A stretch of 64,000 bases of DNA, from assembly GCA_947381905.1 (NCBI GenBank), contig CANCXL010000003.1:4138-68137 (forward strand). The letters run 5' to 3'. The stretch is from an uncultured Clostridiaceae bacterium. Its GTDB lineage: Bacteria; Bacillota; Clostridia; TANB77; CAG-465. Both the position numbers and the translations under genes were made by a program. The notes below the pieces were generated by a model, which did not search any database, was not told the DNA's origin, and saw only the letters and a list, made by a program, of their open reading frames with translations. Below are positions 20,160-29,794 of this stretch, piece by piece. How positions within the stretch are numbered: the first letter of the stretch is position 1; every line of letters starts with the position of its first letter.

Positions 20160-21054
20160 TTATTTAAAACATAAAAATATTATTTTAGCTATCTCTGTAT
20201 TAGTAGTAATTGCAGGACTTGTGTATGGATTTGTTACAAGATTTACTTTAGATATAGACTTTAAAGGTGGTACAAGAATTTCTACAGAACTTAAAGAAGA
20301 TTATAGCGTATCAGATATAGAAGATATAGTTAAAGGTGTATGTGGTCAAATATCACAAGTACAAGCAACAAGCGCAGGAGAAAATTCTGTTACTATTACT
20401 ACACAAACTATTTCTGAGGGAGAATCTAATAAAGTAGTAGAAGCTCTAAAAACTAAATATACTAACATGACTGAGCCAACAATTAGAAATGTTCAAGCAT
20501 CTTATGGTAAAGAATTATTAAATACAGCTATTATTGCAGTAGTAGTATCTATCGTTCTATTACTTGTATATATAGCAATAAGATTTAAAACTTTAGGATA
20601 TACAGCAGCATTATCTGCAATATTAGGACTACTTTTTGACGTATGTTTCTTATTTGCAGTATATGGTGTATTTAAGTTTCCAATAAATTCTACATTTGTA
20701 GCGGTTATATTAACAATAATTGGATACTCAATTAATGATACAATAATTATCTATGATAGAATAAGAGAAAATAAAAGACTAGTTACTAAGTCTAGTGATG
20801 ATAAAGATGTTATAAATGAGAGTATTTCTCAAACAATGAAAAGAACAATTATTACATCAATTACAACGCTTACAGCTATAGGAATTGTATTAATATTTGC
20901 ATTAGTAAAAGATCAAGAAACATTAAAACAATTCTCTATACCACTATCTATAGGTATTGCTGAGGGAACATTCTCATCAATATTTATAGCTACAAATTTA
21001 TGGTATTCTTTAGATAAGTTATTTAAAAAAGGTAAAAATGCTAAAAAAGCATAG
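20143..21054 (+). CDS. secF: Protein translocase subunit SecF
   Basis: Contains LDIDFKGGT and GYSINDTIIIYDRIREN. It overlaps secD by 17 nt. Confidence 0.9.
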   Translation: MTLKLNYLKHKNIILAISVLVVIAGLVYGFVTRFTLDIDFKGGTRISTELKEDYSVSDIEDIVKGVCGQISQVQATSAGENSVTITTQTISEGESNKVVEALKTKYTNMTEPTIRNVQASYGKELLNTAIIAVVVSIVLLLVYIAIRFKTLGYTAALSAILGLLFDVCFLFAVYGVFKFPINSTFVAVILTIIGYSINDTIIIYDRIRENKRLVTKSSDDKDVINESISQTMKRTIITSITTLTAIGIVLIFALVKDQETLKQFSIPLSIGIAEGTFSSIFIATNLWYSLDKLFKKGKNAKKA

Positions 21055-21059
21055 AATAA

Positions 21060-21087
21060 AGAGTCTCGCTTATGCGAGACTTTTTTC
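21060..21087 (+). terminator. Intrinsic terminator after secF
   Basis: Stem AGTCTCGC / GCGAGACT followed by TTTTT. Confidence 0.75.
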
Positions 21088-21132
21088 TTGTTTATTTTCT
21101 TTATATATGATATATTTTCAATGTGATGTTTT

Positions 21133-21444
21133 ATGAAAGAAAAAGTGTTAGAAAAAAAGATAAAAAAGTCGACAATGAATAAAGACTTTGAAAAAAGCAA
21201 AAATATTTTAATAGGAGAATATATAAAGCAATTTAATAAGATGTTTAAATATAAAAAGCAGAAGATAAATAAAGCGTGGTATTTTTATGATTATTTAATT
21301 AATATAGAAAAAGTGTATGGAAAATACTATGAAAAAGATATTAACGACATTCTTAATGTAATGTATTCTAATAAGTATAGTATAAAAGAGCAAATATCAT
21401 GGCTATTAGATAATTCTTATGTATTTGAAGATTATAAGTTATAG
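21133..21444 (+). CDS. Hypothetical protein (103 aa, Lys/Tyr-rich)
   Basis: An ORF on the coding strand. I recognise no family. Confidence 0.4.
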   Translation: MKEKVLEKKIKKSTMNKDFEKSKNILIGEYIKQFNKMFKYKKQKINKAWYFYDYLINIEKVYGKYYEKDINDILNVMYSNKYSIKEQISWLLDNSYVFEDYKL

Positions 21445-21454
21445 GGGGAGTATT

Positions 21455-22111
21455 ATGAATATTGTAAGTTTAGTGTTTACAATTTTAGCATTTATATGTT
21501 CTTTTATACCAATATTGGGTATACCATTTACTATATTTTTTATTGTAATATCATCTATTTTGCTCATTGTGGCTTTCAGAAAAAAGAATATAAGTAAAGA
21601 GCAAAAAGAGGTAAGTATTATATCATCTGTGATACTTGTAATATCATTAATAATTTGTATTGTAGTTAATTTTTTATCTATAAATAAGGCGACAACAATA
21701 ATAAATAGTATTATTAATAAGGAATTAGATTATAATTCGTATTATAAACAAAAATTTAATAATTATAAATCTTATTCTAAAGGAGATAATATTAATATAG
21801 ATGAAAAGTTATTAATCGAGGTGTTAGATTACACAAACGATGCAAACGAATACTACATTAATTTAGATATTAAATCGGTAGAAGATAATGTATATTATAG
21901 TTCATATGATTTTATATTATATGACGAGAAAAATGATAGAATATATTATCCTAAATATTATATAGATGACTCAAACTTTTTATCTGGGGCATTAAATAAT
22001 GGTGAAAATAGAACTTCAACATTAAAATATAGTATTGGTGAAAGTGAGTTAACTACTAAATTATATCTTATATATGTAGATGATGAAAATGGTGTGAAAA
22101 TTGCACTCTAA
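21455..22111 (+). CDS. Hypothetical membrane protein (three N-terminal TM helices plus an extracytoplasmic domain)
   Basis: ATG 21455 follows GGGGGAG. The N-terminus is hydrophobic: MNIVSLVFTILAFICSFIPILGIPFTIFFIV. Confidence 0.5.
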   Translation: MNIVSLVFTILAFICSFIPILGIPFTIFFIVISSILLIVAFRKKNISKEQKEVSIISSVILVISLIICIVVNFLSINKATTIINSIINKELDYNSYYKQKFNNYKSYSKGDNINIDEKLLIEVLDYTNDANEYYINLDIKSVEDNVYYSSYDFILYDEKNDRIYYPKYYIDDSNFLSGALNNGENRTSTLKYSIGESELTTKLYLIYVDDENGVKIAL

Positions 22112-22199
22112 TACTTGTGTATGAGTTAAAATTATTGACAAAAAAAGTAAAATAGTGTACTATTATACTTGAATTATTCGATAGGAAAAGAGGGTAAAT

Positions 22200-23801
22200 A
22201 TGGAACAAAGATCAAGTGCTAAAAAAGCAACAAAATCAAATAAGTTTAGCGAGTTATTAAGAAGACCATTATTTAAATTAATACTATTAATTGTGTTAAT
22301 TATTGGAGTAGTATTAATTTTAAATGGAGCATTTAAAGGAGATAAAAAAGAGAAAGATACTTTAGTAGGATATCAAAAATTAGTTGATTCTACAGATAAT
22401 AAATATACATATGTAGACTTAGATGGAAAAGTAAAAACATATGAAGGATATCAATCAATGGATGATTTCTATTATGATAACACAGCTGTTTCAAGAACAA
22501 CAGAAGAAGGCGCAATTGAAATGGCTATTATCAATAAGAATAAAAAAGAAGTTGTAAAATTTGGTACATATACATCAATTATACAAGTAATTGGTGGAAA
22601 GTATTATAAAGTCGAAAAAGATGGAAAATATGGTGTTGTAGACTATAATGGAAAAACATTAATTAAACCTGAATATGAGTACATTTCAATAACAACAGTA
22701 CAAGAAGCTAAAGAACTTGTTTTTGAATGCCAAAAAGAAAATAAATATTATTTCTTTAATGAACAAGGAAAACAATTTTTAGAGACAGATGTTGCTCTTC
22801 ATAGTATTTCATATGCAAATAGACTAAATGATGAATATGACACTATTGTCTATATAACTTTAGATAATCAAAGAAGATATTTTAATTTAAGTACAGGAGA
22901 AGAAATATTTAAAGATATGGGAGATTTAAATATTTCATATAATATTTTAAAATCTGATGGAAAAATAGCTTTTTATGATAAGAATTTAAAACTTAAATCT
23001 GAACTAGATACAACTGGAGATTATGCATCTGATGCAAGAGTATATTTTAGAAAATATATTGTTGTTGAGCAAAAAAATGTAACATCAGGTACAAGAGAAT
23101 ATAAATATACAGTTTATGATTCTAACTTTAAAAAAGTATTAGAGGAGAAAAATAAAATTAATCCAGTACAAGATGTAGATGGTAATGTATATTTTATAGT
23201 TAATGAAGATGATTCTGTAAAAATAATAAATGAAAAGAAAAAAGAAGTAAAAGTAGAAGGATATTCTTTCAAAGATAATAATATTTCTAATTTACAATAT
23301 ATAGTATTAAATCCACTAGAAGATAGTTCATCTAATGAGATATTTACTTTTAAAGGTAAAAAAGTTAAAGATGGAGTAAGTGAATATTCACAAAAAGGAT
23401 TTGGACTTTGTGTATCTAAATATGCAGAAAATGGTAATATAGAAAAAAGATTAATTCTTGGAAACAATACTGAAATTGAACTTGCACAAGAAGATGAAAT
23501 ATATGCTACAGATACATATGTTACTATTGAAAATAATAAAGAGGGATATGTTTCTCTTGCAAATAAAGAAGGAAAATTAATTATAGAAAAAGCAAAAGGA
23601 ACAAAAACTTTTTATAACGATAAATATATTGGTGTAAAAGACGGAGATAATGTACAAGTGTATAGCGTAGAAACAGGAAAACAAACATATACATACTCTA
23701 TGGCAAACTATGTAAATATAGATGAAACAGTAAATGTAGTTGAATTAAAGAATGGATATTATTTCCTTGATGGAAAGACAGTTCTTGAAAAACAACAATA
23801 A
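22200..23801 (+). CDS. WG-repeat (KWG-type) membrane-anchored protein
   Basis: An N-terminal anchor plus repeated patterns such as DGKYGVVDYNGKTLIKPEYEYI. Confidence 0.55.
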   Translation: MEQRSSAKKATKSNKFSELLRRPLFKLILLIVLIIGVVLILNGAFKGDKKEKDTLVGYQKLVDSTDNKYTYVDLDGKVKTYEGYQSMDDFYYDNTAVSRTTEEGAIEMAIINKNKKEVVKFGTYTSIIQVIGGKYYKVEKDGKYGVVDYNGKTLIKPEYEYISITTVQEAKELVFECQKENKYYFFNEQGKQFLETDVALHSISYANRLNDEYDTIVYITLDNQRRYFNLSTGEEIFKDMGDLNISYNILKSDGKIAFYDKNLKLKSELDTTGDYASDARVYFRKYIVVEQKNVTSGTREYKYTVYDSNFKKVLEEKNKINPVQDVDGNVYFIVNEDDSVKIINEKKKEVKVEGYSFKDNNISNLQYIVLNPLEDSSSNEIFTFKGKKVKDGVSEYSQKGFGLCVSKYAENGNIEKRLILGNNTEIELAQEDEIYATDTYVTIENNKEGYVSLANKEGKLIIEKAKGTKTFYNDKYIGVKDGDNVQVYSVETGKQTYTYSMANYVNIDETVNVVELKNGYYFLDGKTVLEKQQ

Positions 23802-23809
23802 AATAATAT

Positions 23810-23831
23810 AGGATAGCAATATTGCTATCCT
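23810..23831. terminator. Palindromic bidirectional terminator
   Basis: A perfect 22-nt palindrome, AGGATAGCAAT/ATTGCTATCCT, between convergent genes. Confidence 0.6.
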
Positions 23832-23836
23832 ATTCT

Positions 23837-24264
23837 TTATCTTTTGGGCCCTTCTGGGCGATATTTTTTATATAAATCATAAACTTTTGTGAATGTCCCT
23901 TCGTTTTTTTCATAAAAAATAGTATTGTTTATTATTAAATAGTTACCCATTGTATGAAAGTACATTTCTTCGTTATTTTTTGTATTTACTACGCAAAATG
24001 TATATGAAGTGCCAATTAGTGAGGGGTGAAAAGGTTTGAGTTTATAATTTTTTCTTGAAAAAATATTTATTAGATAGTTTTTATCCTCCTCTTCTAGTTT
24101 AAACATTTTGCATATTGGCCACCTTTATTATAATCCATGCCATATATTTCAATATTATCTTTATTAAATGCCAAAAATATAAATCCTTTATTAAAGTTAA
24201 TAACTATAATTGTGAGCAATAGCAAGGATAATGATATTAATAATAATTTTACTTTCATTTTCAT
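23837..24264 (-). pseudogene. Small signal-anchored protein gene apparently split by a 1-nt frameshift
   Basis: A 56-aa ORF (24264..24094, MKMKVKLLLISLSLLLLTIIV...) overlaps the 89-aa ORF 24106..23837 by 13 nt. One extra A in the A4 run (plus-strand T4 at 24106-24109) would fuse them in frame. Confidence 0.4.
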
Positions 24265-24454
24265 ATATAATCACCTAAAAATATAATAACATATTTTATT
24301 TTAATATACTAGAAAAAAAGTTGATTTTTTAAATAAAAACTAAAATAAAAAAAGGCTTTTCGTTTACATAATTGACTTTGTGCGATAAAAGTGTTATAAT
24401 TATTAGCGAAATTAAGACTTTAACTAAAATTATAATTAAAAGGAGGTTTTGTGT

Positions 24455-24935
24455 ATGATTAAAATACCACACGTTTCAGATTTTTATTTTGGAGATGAAT
24501 CAATACTTAATATGTCTACAATTTTATGTACTATTGGACAAGTAGAGTTTGTTCGGTAAATATGAAAGTAGTTATATTATAAGAAGAATTCATCATTTTG
24601 GAAATAAGGTATGGCTTGGAAGAAAAGAAAGGATAAAAGCTATATATTATGAAGAAGTGGATGGAAAAGATGGATTAATAAGTATAATGACATCAAATGG
24701 TCAATTTATCGTGCCAAGACAAAAGTTTTATCAAAGCAATGCGAGAATCACATTGTGTAAAAAGCGCATATACAATATTTCACAAAATGAAAATACTAAA
24801 GAATTAGTAATAGTAGGTGGTAAACCTAAATTAATAGACTACTGTATAAAGGATATCAAATCAGTATCAGACTTTGGAAAGGGAATAAAAGGTTCAATAC
24901 TAACAAAGCGTGGAGAGGAATTATTGGTTATATAA
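24455..24935 (+). pseudogene. Hypothetical gene apparently split by a 1-nt frameshift
   Basis: A strong SD sequence (AAAGGAGG) and ATG 24455 open a 34-aa ORF that stops at 24557-24559. The 128-aa ORF starts at TTG 24549 with no SD sequence. Loss of one T in TTT 24548-24550 would fuse them. Confidence 0.4.
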
Positions 24936-24967
24936 AAAAGTGGAGAAAATATTTTCTCCACTTTTTA
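24934..24967. terminator. Bidirectional intrinsic terminator
   Basis: Palindrome AGTGGAGAAAAT/ATTTTCTCCACT flanked by an A-run and a T-run. Confidence 0.7.
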
Positions 24968-25642
24968 TTATATTGAAAATCTGTCATTAATTGGACATAT
25001 TATATCATTTTCAAGAGTAACTTCTTTTGATCTTTTATCTAATGATACAATTTTATTTTTATTTATTATAAAAGAGCGATGACATCTAACAAAACTACTT
25101 GGCAAAGTATCTTCCATTTTATCTAATGTTTTAGTACATGAAATTTTTCCTCTAGTAGTGGTAAGAATTGTTCTATTAATACTCTTTTCCATATATATTA
25201 TTTCATTTGCTTTAACGCTTTGCCATTTACTAATATTAACAAATAAGTTATTTGTACTACTAAATTCATCCTTTATTCTTTCTACTAAATCATGAACCGT
25301 ATCTTTATTTAATGGTTTTACTAAATAATCAAAAATTTTAGTTACAAGAGCAAGATATAGAAATCTTTGATGAGCAGAAAGAAAAACAAGATAGAAGTCC
25401 TTATTATATTTTCGTAATTTTTTAGCAAAATCTATACCATTCATTCCACCATTTTTAAACTCTACATCCAGAAATAGAAAGTCTATATCATTAGCTCTAA
25501 TCATTTTTTCTATTTCTTCTTGATTATCTGTTACTATAACTATTTCTGCATCAACTTTTTGCTCTATTAGTTGAGATTCTAACATTTTTCTAACTGTTAT
25601 TGTTGATTCTATATCATCATCGCAAATACCAATTTTTAGCAT
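24968..25642 (-). CDS. LytR/AlgR-family response regulator (receiver plus LytTR DNA-binding domain)
   Basis: MLKIGICDDD starts the receiver. The C-terminal VRCHRSFIINKNKI is a LytTR signature. ATG 25642 follows GGAGGAG. The longer track ORF is rejected. Confidence 0.85.
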   Translation of the reverse strand: MLKIGICDDDIESTITVRKMLESQLIEQKVDAEIVIVTDNQEEIEKMIRANDIDFLFLDVEFKNGGMNGIDFAKKLRKYNKDFYLVFLSAHQRFLYLALVTKIFDYLVKPLNKDTVHDLVERIKDEFSSTNNLFVNISKWQSVKANEIIYMEKSINRTILTTTRGKISCTKTLDKMEDTLPSSFVRCHRSFIINKNKIVSLDKRSKEVTLENDIICPINDRFSI

Positions 25643-25793
25643 TGTTAACTCCTCCAAAAACAATGGTAATATACTACCATAATTTAAGCAGTAAGTCAAT
25701 AAAATAATAATAAAAAACACTTTAAATAACATAATAATAAGAATGATTTGCGCAAAGTAATAAAAAAGTCTAAAAATAATATAATTATTCTAG

Positions 25794-26132
25794 GTGATTG
25801 TATTGTCTAAACTACGTAAAAATGGTAAGAAGCTTTTCAAGAAAATAAATTTTAAAAAGAAGGTATCAGAGGTAAGAAATAGATTTATCGAGACTTTGGA
25901 TTTGCCTCAAGAGTTATCTGGACAGTGCGTAAGAATAACAATGATACAAAATATGCAAATATTAATAGAGGGAAAAAACAATATAATAGATTATTATGAT
26001 AATTATATAAAATTACAAGCACAAAGTATGTATTTACAAATAGATGGTACTAATTTAAAAATTGCGGAGATAACAGATCAAGAAGCATTAATTACAGGTA
26101 ACATTTCTAATGTTGGATTTATAAATAGGTAG
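25794..26132 (+). CDS. yqfC: Sporulation protein YqfC
   Basis: Contains LDLPQEL..VRITMIQNMQILIEGKNNIIDYYDNYIKLQ..ITGNISNVGF and sits directly upstream of yqfD. Confidence 0.75.
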   Translation: MIVLSKLRKNGKKLFKKINFKKKVSEVRNRFIETLDLPQELSGQCVRITMIQNMQILIEGKNNIIDYYDNYIKLQAQSMYLQIDGTNLKIAEITDQEALITGNISNVGFINR

Positions 26133-26138
26133 GTAACA

Positions 26139-27320
26139 ATGGATTTAGAAGAAGGTATAAAAAGAATAAATGGAACAATTCTTGTTGAAATACAAGGCTT
26201 TTTTACAGAAAGATATATTAATCTATGTAGAATTAATAATGTTAAAATATGGAACATACAGAATATAAGTGGTGGAATAATTAGATTTAATATAGCTATA
26301 AAAGATTTTAAGAAGTTAAAAAGTATTACCAAAAAAACAAAATGTAAGGTAAAAATATTAGGTAAGAAGGGTATATATTTTAAGTGTTTTAAATATAGAA
26401 AGAGAAGAATTGTTATATTATTACTAGCATCTTTCATATTTTTATGTTTCTTATCTAATTCATTTATATGGAAAGTGCATGTAACTGGAAATGAATATCT
26501 AAAAGAATCGGATATTATAGAAAGTTTAAAAGAATCTGGAGTATATGTTGGTAGAAGCAAAATAGGTTTGAAAACTAAAAAAGTAATAAATAATTTAAGG
26601 GTATTACAACCAGATATTTCATGGGTAGGCATAGATATTGAGGGAACTAATGTAATTGTTAATGTTGTTGAAAAAACAAAACTAAAAGAAAATATTAATA
26701 TAAATGGTATAGGAGATATAGTATCAAATAAATGTGGTATTATTCAAAAGATTACTGTTGAAAATGGTACAGCTATACCAAGTGTTGGAGACTATATTGA
26801 GGAAGGAAGAATTTTAATTGAGGGGAAAATTTATAGTAATACATTAGAAACAAAAGATGTATGTGCAAAAGGTATAGTTACTATAAAGAGTGATTATGAA
26901 TTTAAAAAACAATATAGTTATAAGGTGCAAGAAAAGGAATATACTGGAAAAACTAAATATAGCATAGGATTTACTTTAAATGATAAAGAAAATTACATAA
27001 ACTATTTGGATAAATCTTTAACTTATGATATAATAAAAAAAGATAGTAAAATAGAACTATTTGGAAATACTATTTCTTTTGACTTATATAAATTTAACTT
27101 ATATAATAACACAGAAAAACTAATTACAAAAGAAGACATACTTCAAATTGCTCAAGATGAGTCTAATATATATATTCAAAACGAGATTCTTCCAGGTTGC
27201 AGAAATGGATATATAGAGTATATAGATGTTGTTGTTGAAGATGAAAATGAAGAAGGTCTTACTGTAAAAATTATATATCATATTATAGAAGAAATAGGAC
27301 AATTTAAGGAAAGGATATAA
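26139..27320 (+). CDS. yqfD: Sporulation protein YqfD
   Basis: A 393-aa protein with GTILVEIQGFFTERYINLCRINNVKIWNI, a central TM helix, and the conserved position after yqfC. Confidence 0.8.
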   Translation: MDLEEGIKRINGTILVEIQGFFTERYINLCRINNVKIWNIQNISGGIIRFNIAIKDFKKLKSITKKTKCKVKILGKKGIYFKCFKYRKRRIVILLLASFIFLCFLSNSFIWKVHVTGNEYLKESDIIESLKESGVYVGRSKIGLKTKKVINNLRVLQPDISWVGIDIEGTNVIVNVVEKTKLKENININGIGDIVSNKCGIIQKITVENGTAIPSVGDYIEEGRILIEGKIYSNTLETKDVCAKGIVTIKSDYEFKKQYSYKVQEKEYTGKTKYSIGFTLNDKENYINYLDKSLTYDIIKKDSKIELFGNTISFDLYKFNLYNNTEKLITKEDILQIAQDESNIYIQNEILPGCRNGYIEYIDVVVEDENEEGLTVKIIYHIIEEIGQFKERI

Positions 27321-27321
27321 A

Positions 27322-27834
27322 ATGAACAAGATATTAATAGATTTAGATGAAAATCTAGTAAAGTACATTAAAGAAAAGTGTGATAGAGATATTACTGATG
27401 ATATAAGAGTTATAGTTCAAACTGCATTAGAGGAGAAAAATATAATAGATGAAGAAATATCAATTTCAATTAGTGCAGTAGATAAAGAAGAAATTCATCA
27501 AATTAATAAAGAATATAGAAATGTTGATAGACCAACTGATGTGTTGTCTTTTCCTATATTTTCTAGAGAAGAAATTGACGAATTTTCGTCTCTTGATGAA
27601 AGCAAGAAAGTAAGAGCAATTGAACTAGGAGATATTATAATATGCATTGATGTTTTACAAGAGCATGCAATTGAATACGAAACAGGGATTCTTAGGGAAA
27701 TGTTATATATGATAACTCATGGCGTATGTCATTTATTAGGATATGATCATGAAATCCCAGAAGAGAAAATACAAATGAGAGCTCTAGAAGAAAAAATATT
27801 AAATAAAATAGGAGTTGGTGAGATAAATGGATAA
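27322..27834 (+). CDS. ybeY: rRNA maturation endoribonuclease YbeY
   Basis: Has the zinc motif HGVCHLLGYDHE. Confidence 0.9.
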   Translation: MNKILIDLDENLVKYIKEKCDRDITDDIRVIVQTALEEKNIIDEEISISISAVDKEEIHQINKEYRNVDRPTDVLSFPIFSREEIDEFSSLDESKKVRAIELGDIIICIDVLQEHAIEYETGILREMLYMITHGVCHLLGYDHEIPEEKIQMRALEEKILNKIGVGEING

Positions 27835-28633
27835 TAATAAAGATAACCAACAAAATCAAAGTATAGACCAAAAAGAAGAAAATTTACAAAAACTAAAAAA
27901 TGTAAAGAATAAAAACTTTGTATCAGCAATGAGACATTCCATTGATGGAATAATTAAAGCATTTCGTACAGAGAGAAATTTGAGGATAGACTATTGCATT
28001 GCTGTATGTGTTATGCTTGCAGGTCTTGTTCTTGGACTAAATAAAACTGAGTTTGTTTGCCTTTGTCTTACAATAGGATTTGTTATTTTTTCTGAAATGA
28101 TGAACTCTGTTGCAGAATATATAGTGGACTTAGTAACAGATAAATATGATGATAGGGCAAAAGCAGCCAAAGATATTGCTGCAGGTGGAGTACTAATATC
28201 TTCTACAATTGCAGTTATTGTTGCATATTTTCTATTTATAGATAAATTAAAAGATGCAACATATAATTTCTTTAATGCTATAACAATGTCTAGTACTAAC
28301 ATTTTCTTTACAGCTATATTTATGCTTGTCGTTTTAGTTGTAATACTAAAAGGATTATTTGGTAGAGGTGAAGAATATGCACATTCTGGACCAAGTCTTA
28401 GAATAGCTTTAGCTTTTGGACTTACAACATATGCTATTATAATTACACAAAACATTCTAGTTGGTGTGGTTTGTGGAATATTAAGTTTAATGATATTTGG
28501 AATGAAAGTAGTTCATAGTAAGGCAAGAGTTATTAATATGATATTTAGTGCTTTACTTGGTATACTAATTGTTATGTTTGTATATCAATTAGTACTTCAT
28601 GGACCAAGTATACTTAAATTATTTAATATATAG
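27827..28633 (+). CDS. dgkA: DgkA-family lipid kinase (diacylglycerol/undecaprenol kinase) with an extra C-terminal multi-TM extension of about 120 aa
   Basis: The DgkA core (FRTERNLRI, SEMMNSVAEYIVDLV, AKDIAAGGVLISS) occupies about residues 30-150. Residues 150-268 add about four TM helices. Confidence 0.75.
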   Translation: MDNNKDNQQNQSIDQKEENLQKLKNVKNKNFVSAMRHSIDGIIKAFRTERNLRIDYCIAVCVMLAGLVLGLNKTEFVCLCLTIGFVIFSEMMNSVAEYIVDLVTDKYDDRAKAAKDIAAGGVLISSTIAVIVAYFLFIDKLKDATYNFFNAITMSSTNIFFTAIFMLVVLVVILKGLFGRGEEYAHSGPSLRIALAFGLTTYAIIITQNILVGVVCGILSLMIFGMKVVHSKARVINMIFSALLGILIVMFVYQLVLHGPSILKLFNI

Positions 28634-28647
28634 GAGATGATATACAA

Positions 28648-29061
28648 ATGACACAAGAAGATTTAATTAACATAGCTAAAAATGCATCTAAAAATGCATA
28701 TGTACCTGCAACTGGATATTGCGTAGGAGCAGCATTACTTGCTAAAAGTGGTACTGTGTATATAGGAACAAATGTAGAAGACGAAAAAATTCCTAATTTA
28801 TCTATATGTGCTGAAAGAAATGTCATTCAAACAGCATTAGCTCACGGAGAAAGGGAATTTCAGGCAATAGCTGTCGTAGGAAAATATAAGGAATCAGATT
28901 CTTTTGATGATACTTTAACACCATGTGGAATATGTTTACAATATATAATTGATATGTGTAAAGATATTGATATCGTTTGTTACGTCAATGGTGTGCAAGT
29001 ATGTAGAAAAATTGAATATTTCTTAAATACTCCTTTTGATTTATCTGAAAAAGAGAAATAA
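28648..29061 (+). CDS. cdd: Cytidine deaminase
   Basis: Has the CAERNVI and PCGICLQ zinc-binding motifs. Confidence 0.9.
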   Translation: MTQEDLINIAKNASKNAYVPATGYCVGAALLAKSGTVYIGTNVEDEKIPNLSICAERNVIQTALAHGEREFQAIAVVGKYKESDSFDDTLTPCGICLQYIIDMCKDIDIVCYVNGVQVCRKIEYFLNTPFDLSEKEK

Positions 29062-29100
29062 AATATAATATATGAGCATATAATTGTTTTAGGTGATAAT

Positions 29101-29736
29101 ATGAACCATAAACAATTACTTGCTCTTTTTTTATGCTTTGTAATAATACTTTCATCTAAAATAGTTATAGGGCAAAAACAAGATATAGTAGAAGTAAAAA
29201 ATGTAAATAGCAATACAGATAAATATACAATAGAGAGTATTTCTCAAAAAAATGATGGATATAGTATAGATGTGTATTACCCAGTTACTAAATGTAAAGA
29301 GGCAAATGATGAGATAAATAATAAAATAAATGAGTATATAAATCAATGTAAAACAAATAAGAAATCGCTAATTATATCTTTTGAAGAGTATGAATATAAG
29401 GATTATGAAAGCTATAAATTTATTATAAATATGGAAAGAGATAAAACCCATAAAAGTGAAGATATTTATACTATTACTTTTAATGATAAAGGAATATTAG
29501 ACTTAAATAAATATATAGAAATAAATAGTGATGTTATAAAAGAAAGAATAAAAAGTGATTCTAAATATAAGGAATATATAAATGATGAAAAATTAGATAG
29601 TTATCTTTCAAAAGATAACATTTTGAGTAATTTTATACTTACTGAAAACTCGATTGTACTTTACTTTGGTGCAAATACAGTGTTACCAAATGTTGCAGGA
29701 GTCGTACAAATTGAGATACCTTATGAAATAATTTAA
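29101..29736 (+). CDS. Secreted or anchored protein with a DUF4163/DUF3298-like pattern (RsiV C-terminal-like)
   Basis: An N-terminal signal, YSIDVYYPV..ANDEINNKINEYI, and a C-terminal IVLYFGANTVLPNVAGVVQIEIPYE. Confidence 0.5.
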   Translation: MNHKQLLALFLCFVIILSSKIVIGQKQDIVEVKNVNSNTDKYTIESISQKNDGYSIDVYYPVTKCKEANDEINNKINEYINQCKTNKKSLIISFEEYEYKDYESYKFIINMERDKTHKSEDIYTITFNDKGILDLNKYIEINSDVIKERIKSDSKYKEYINDEKLDSYLSKDNILSNFILTENSIVLYFGANTVLPNVAGVVQIEIPYEII

Positions 29737-29794
29737 TAAATTCTTGATTAATTCTTAAAATTATGTTATTGTATCTGTAGGAGGGGATTTATAT

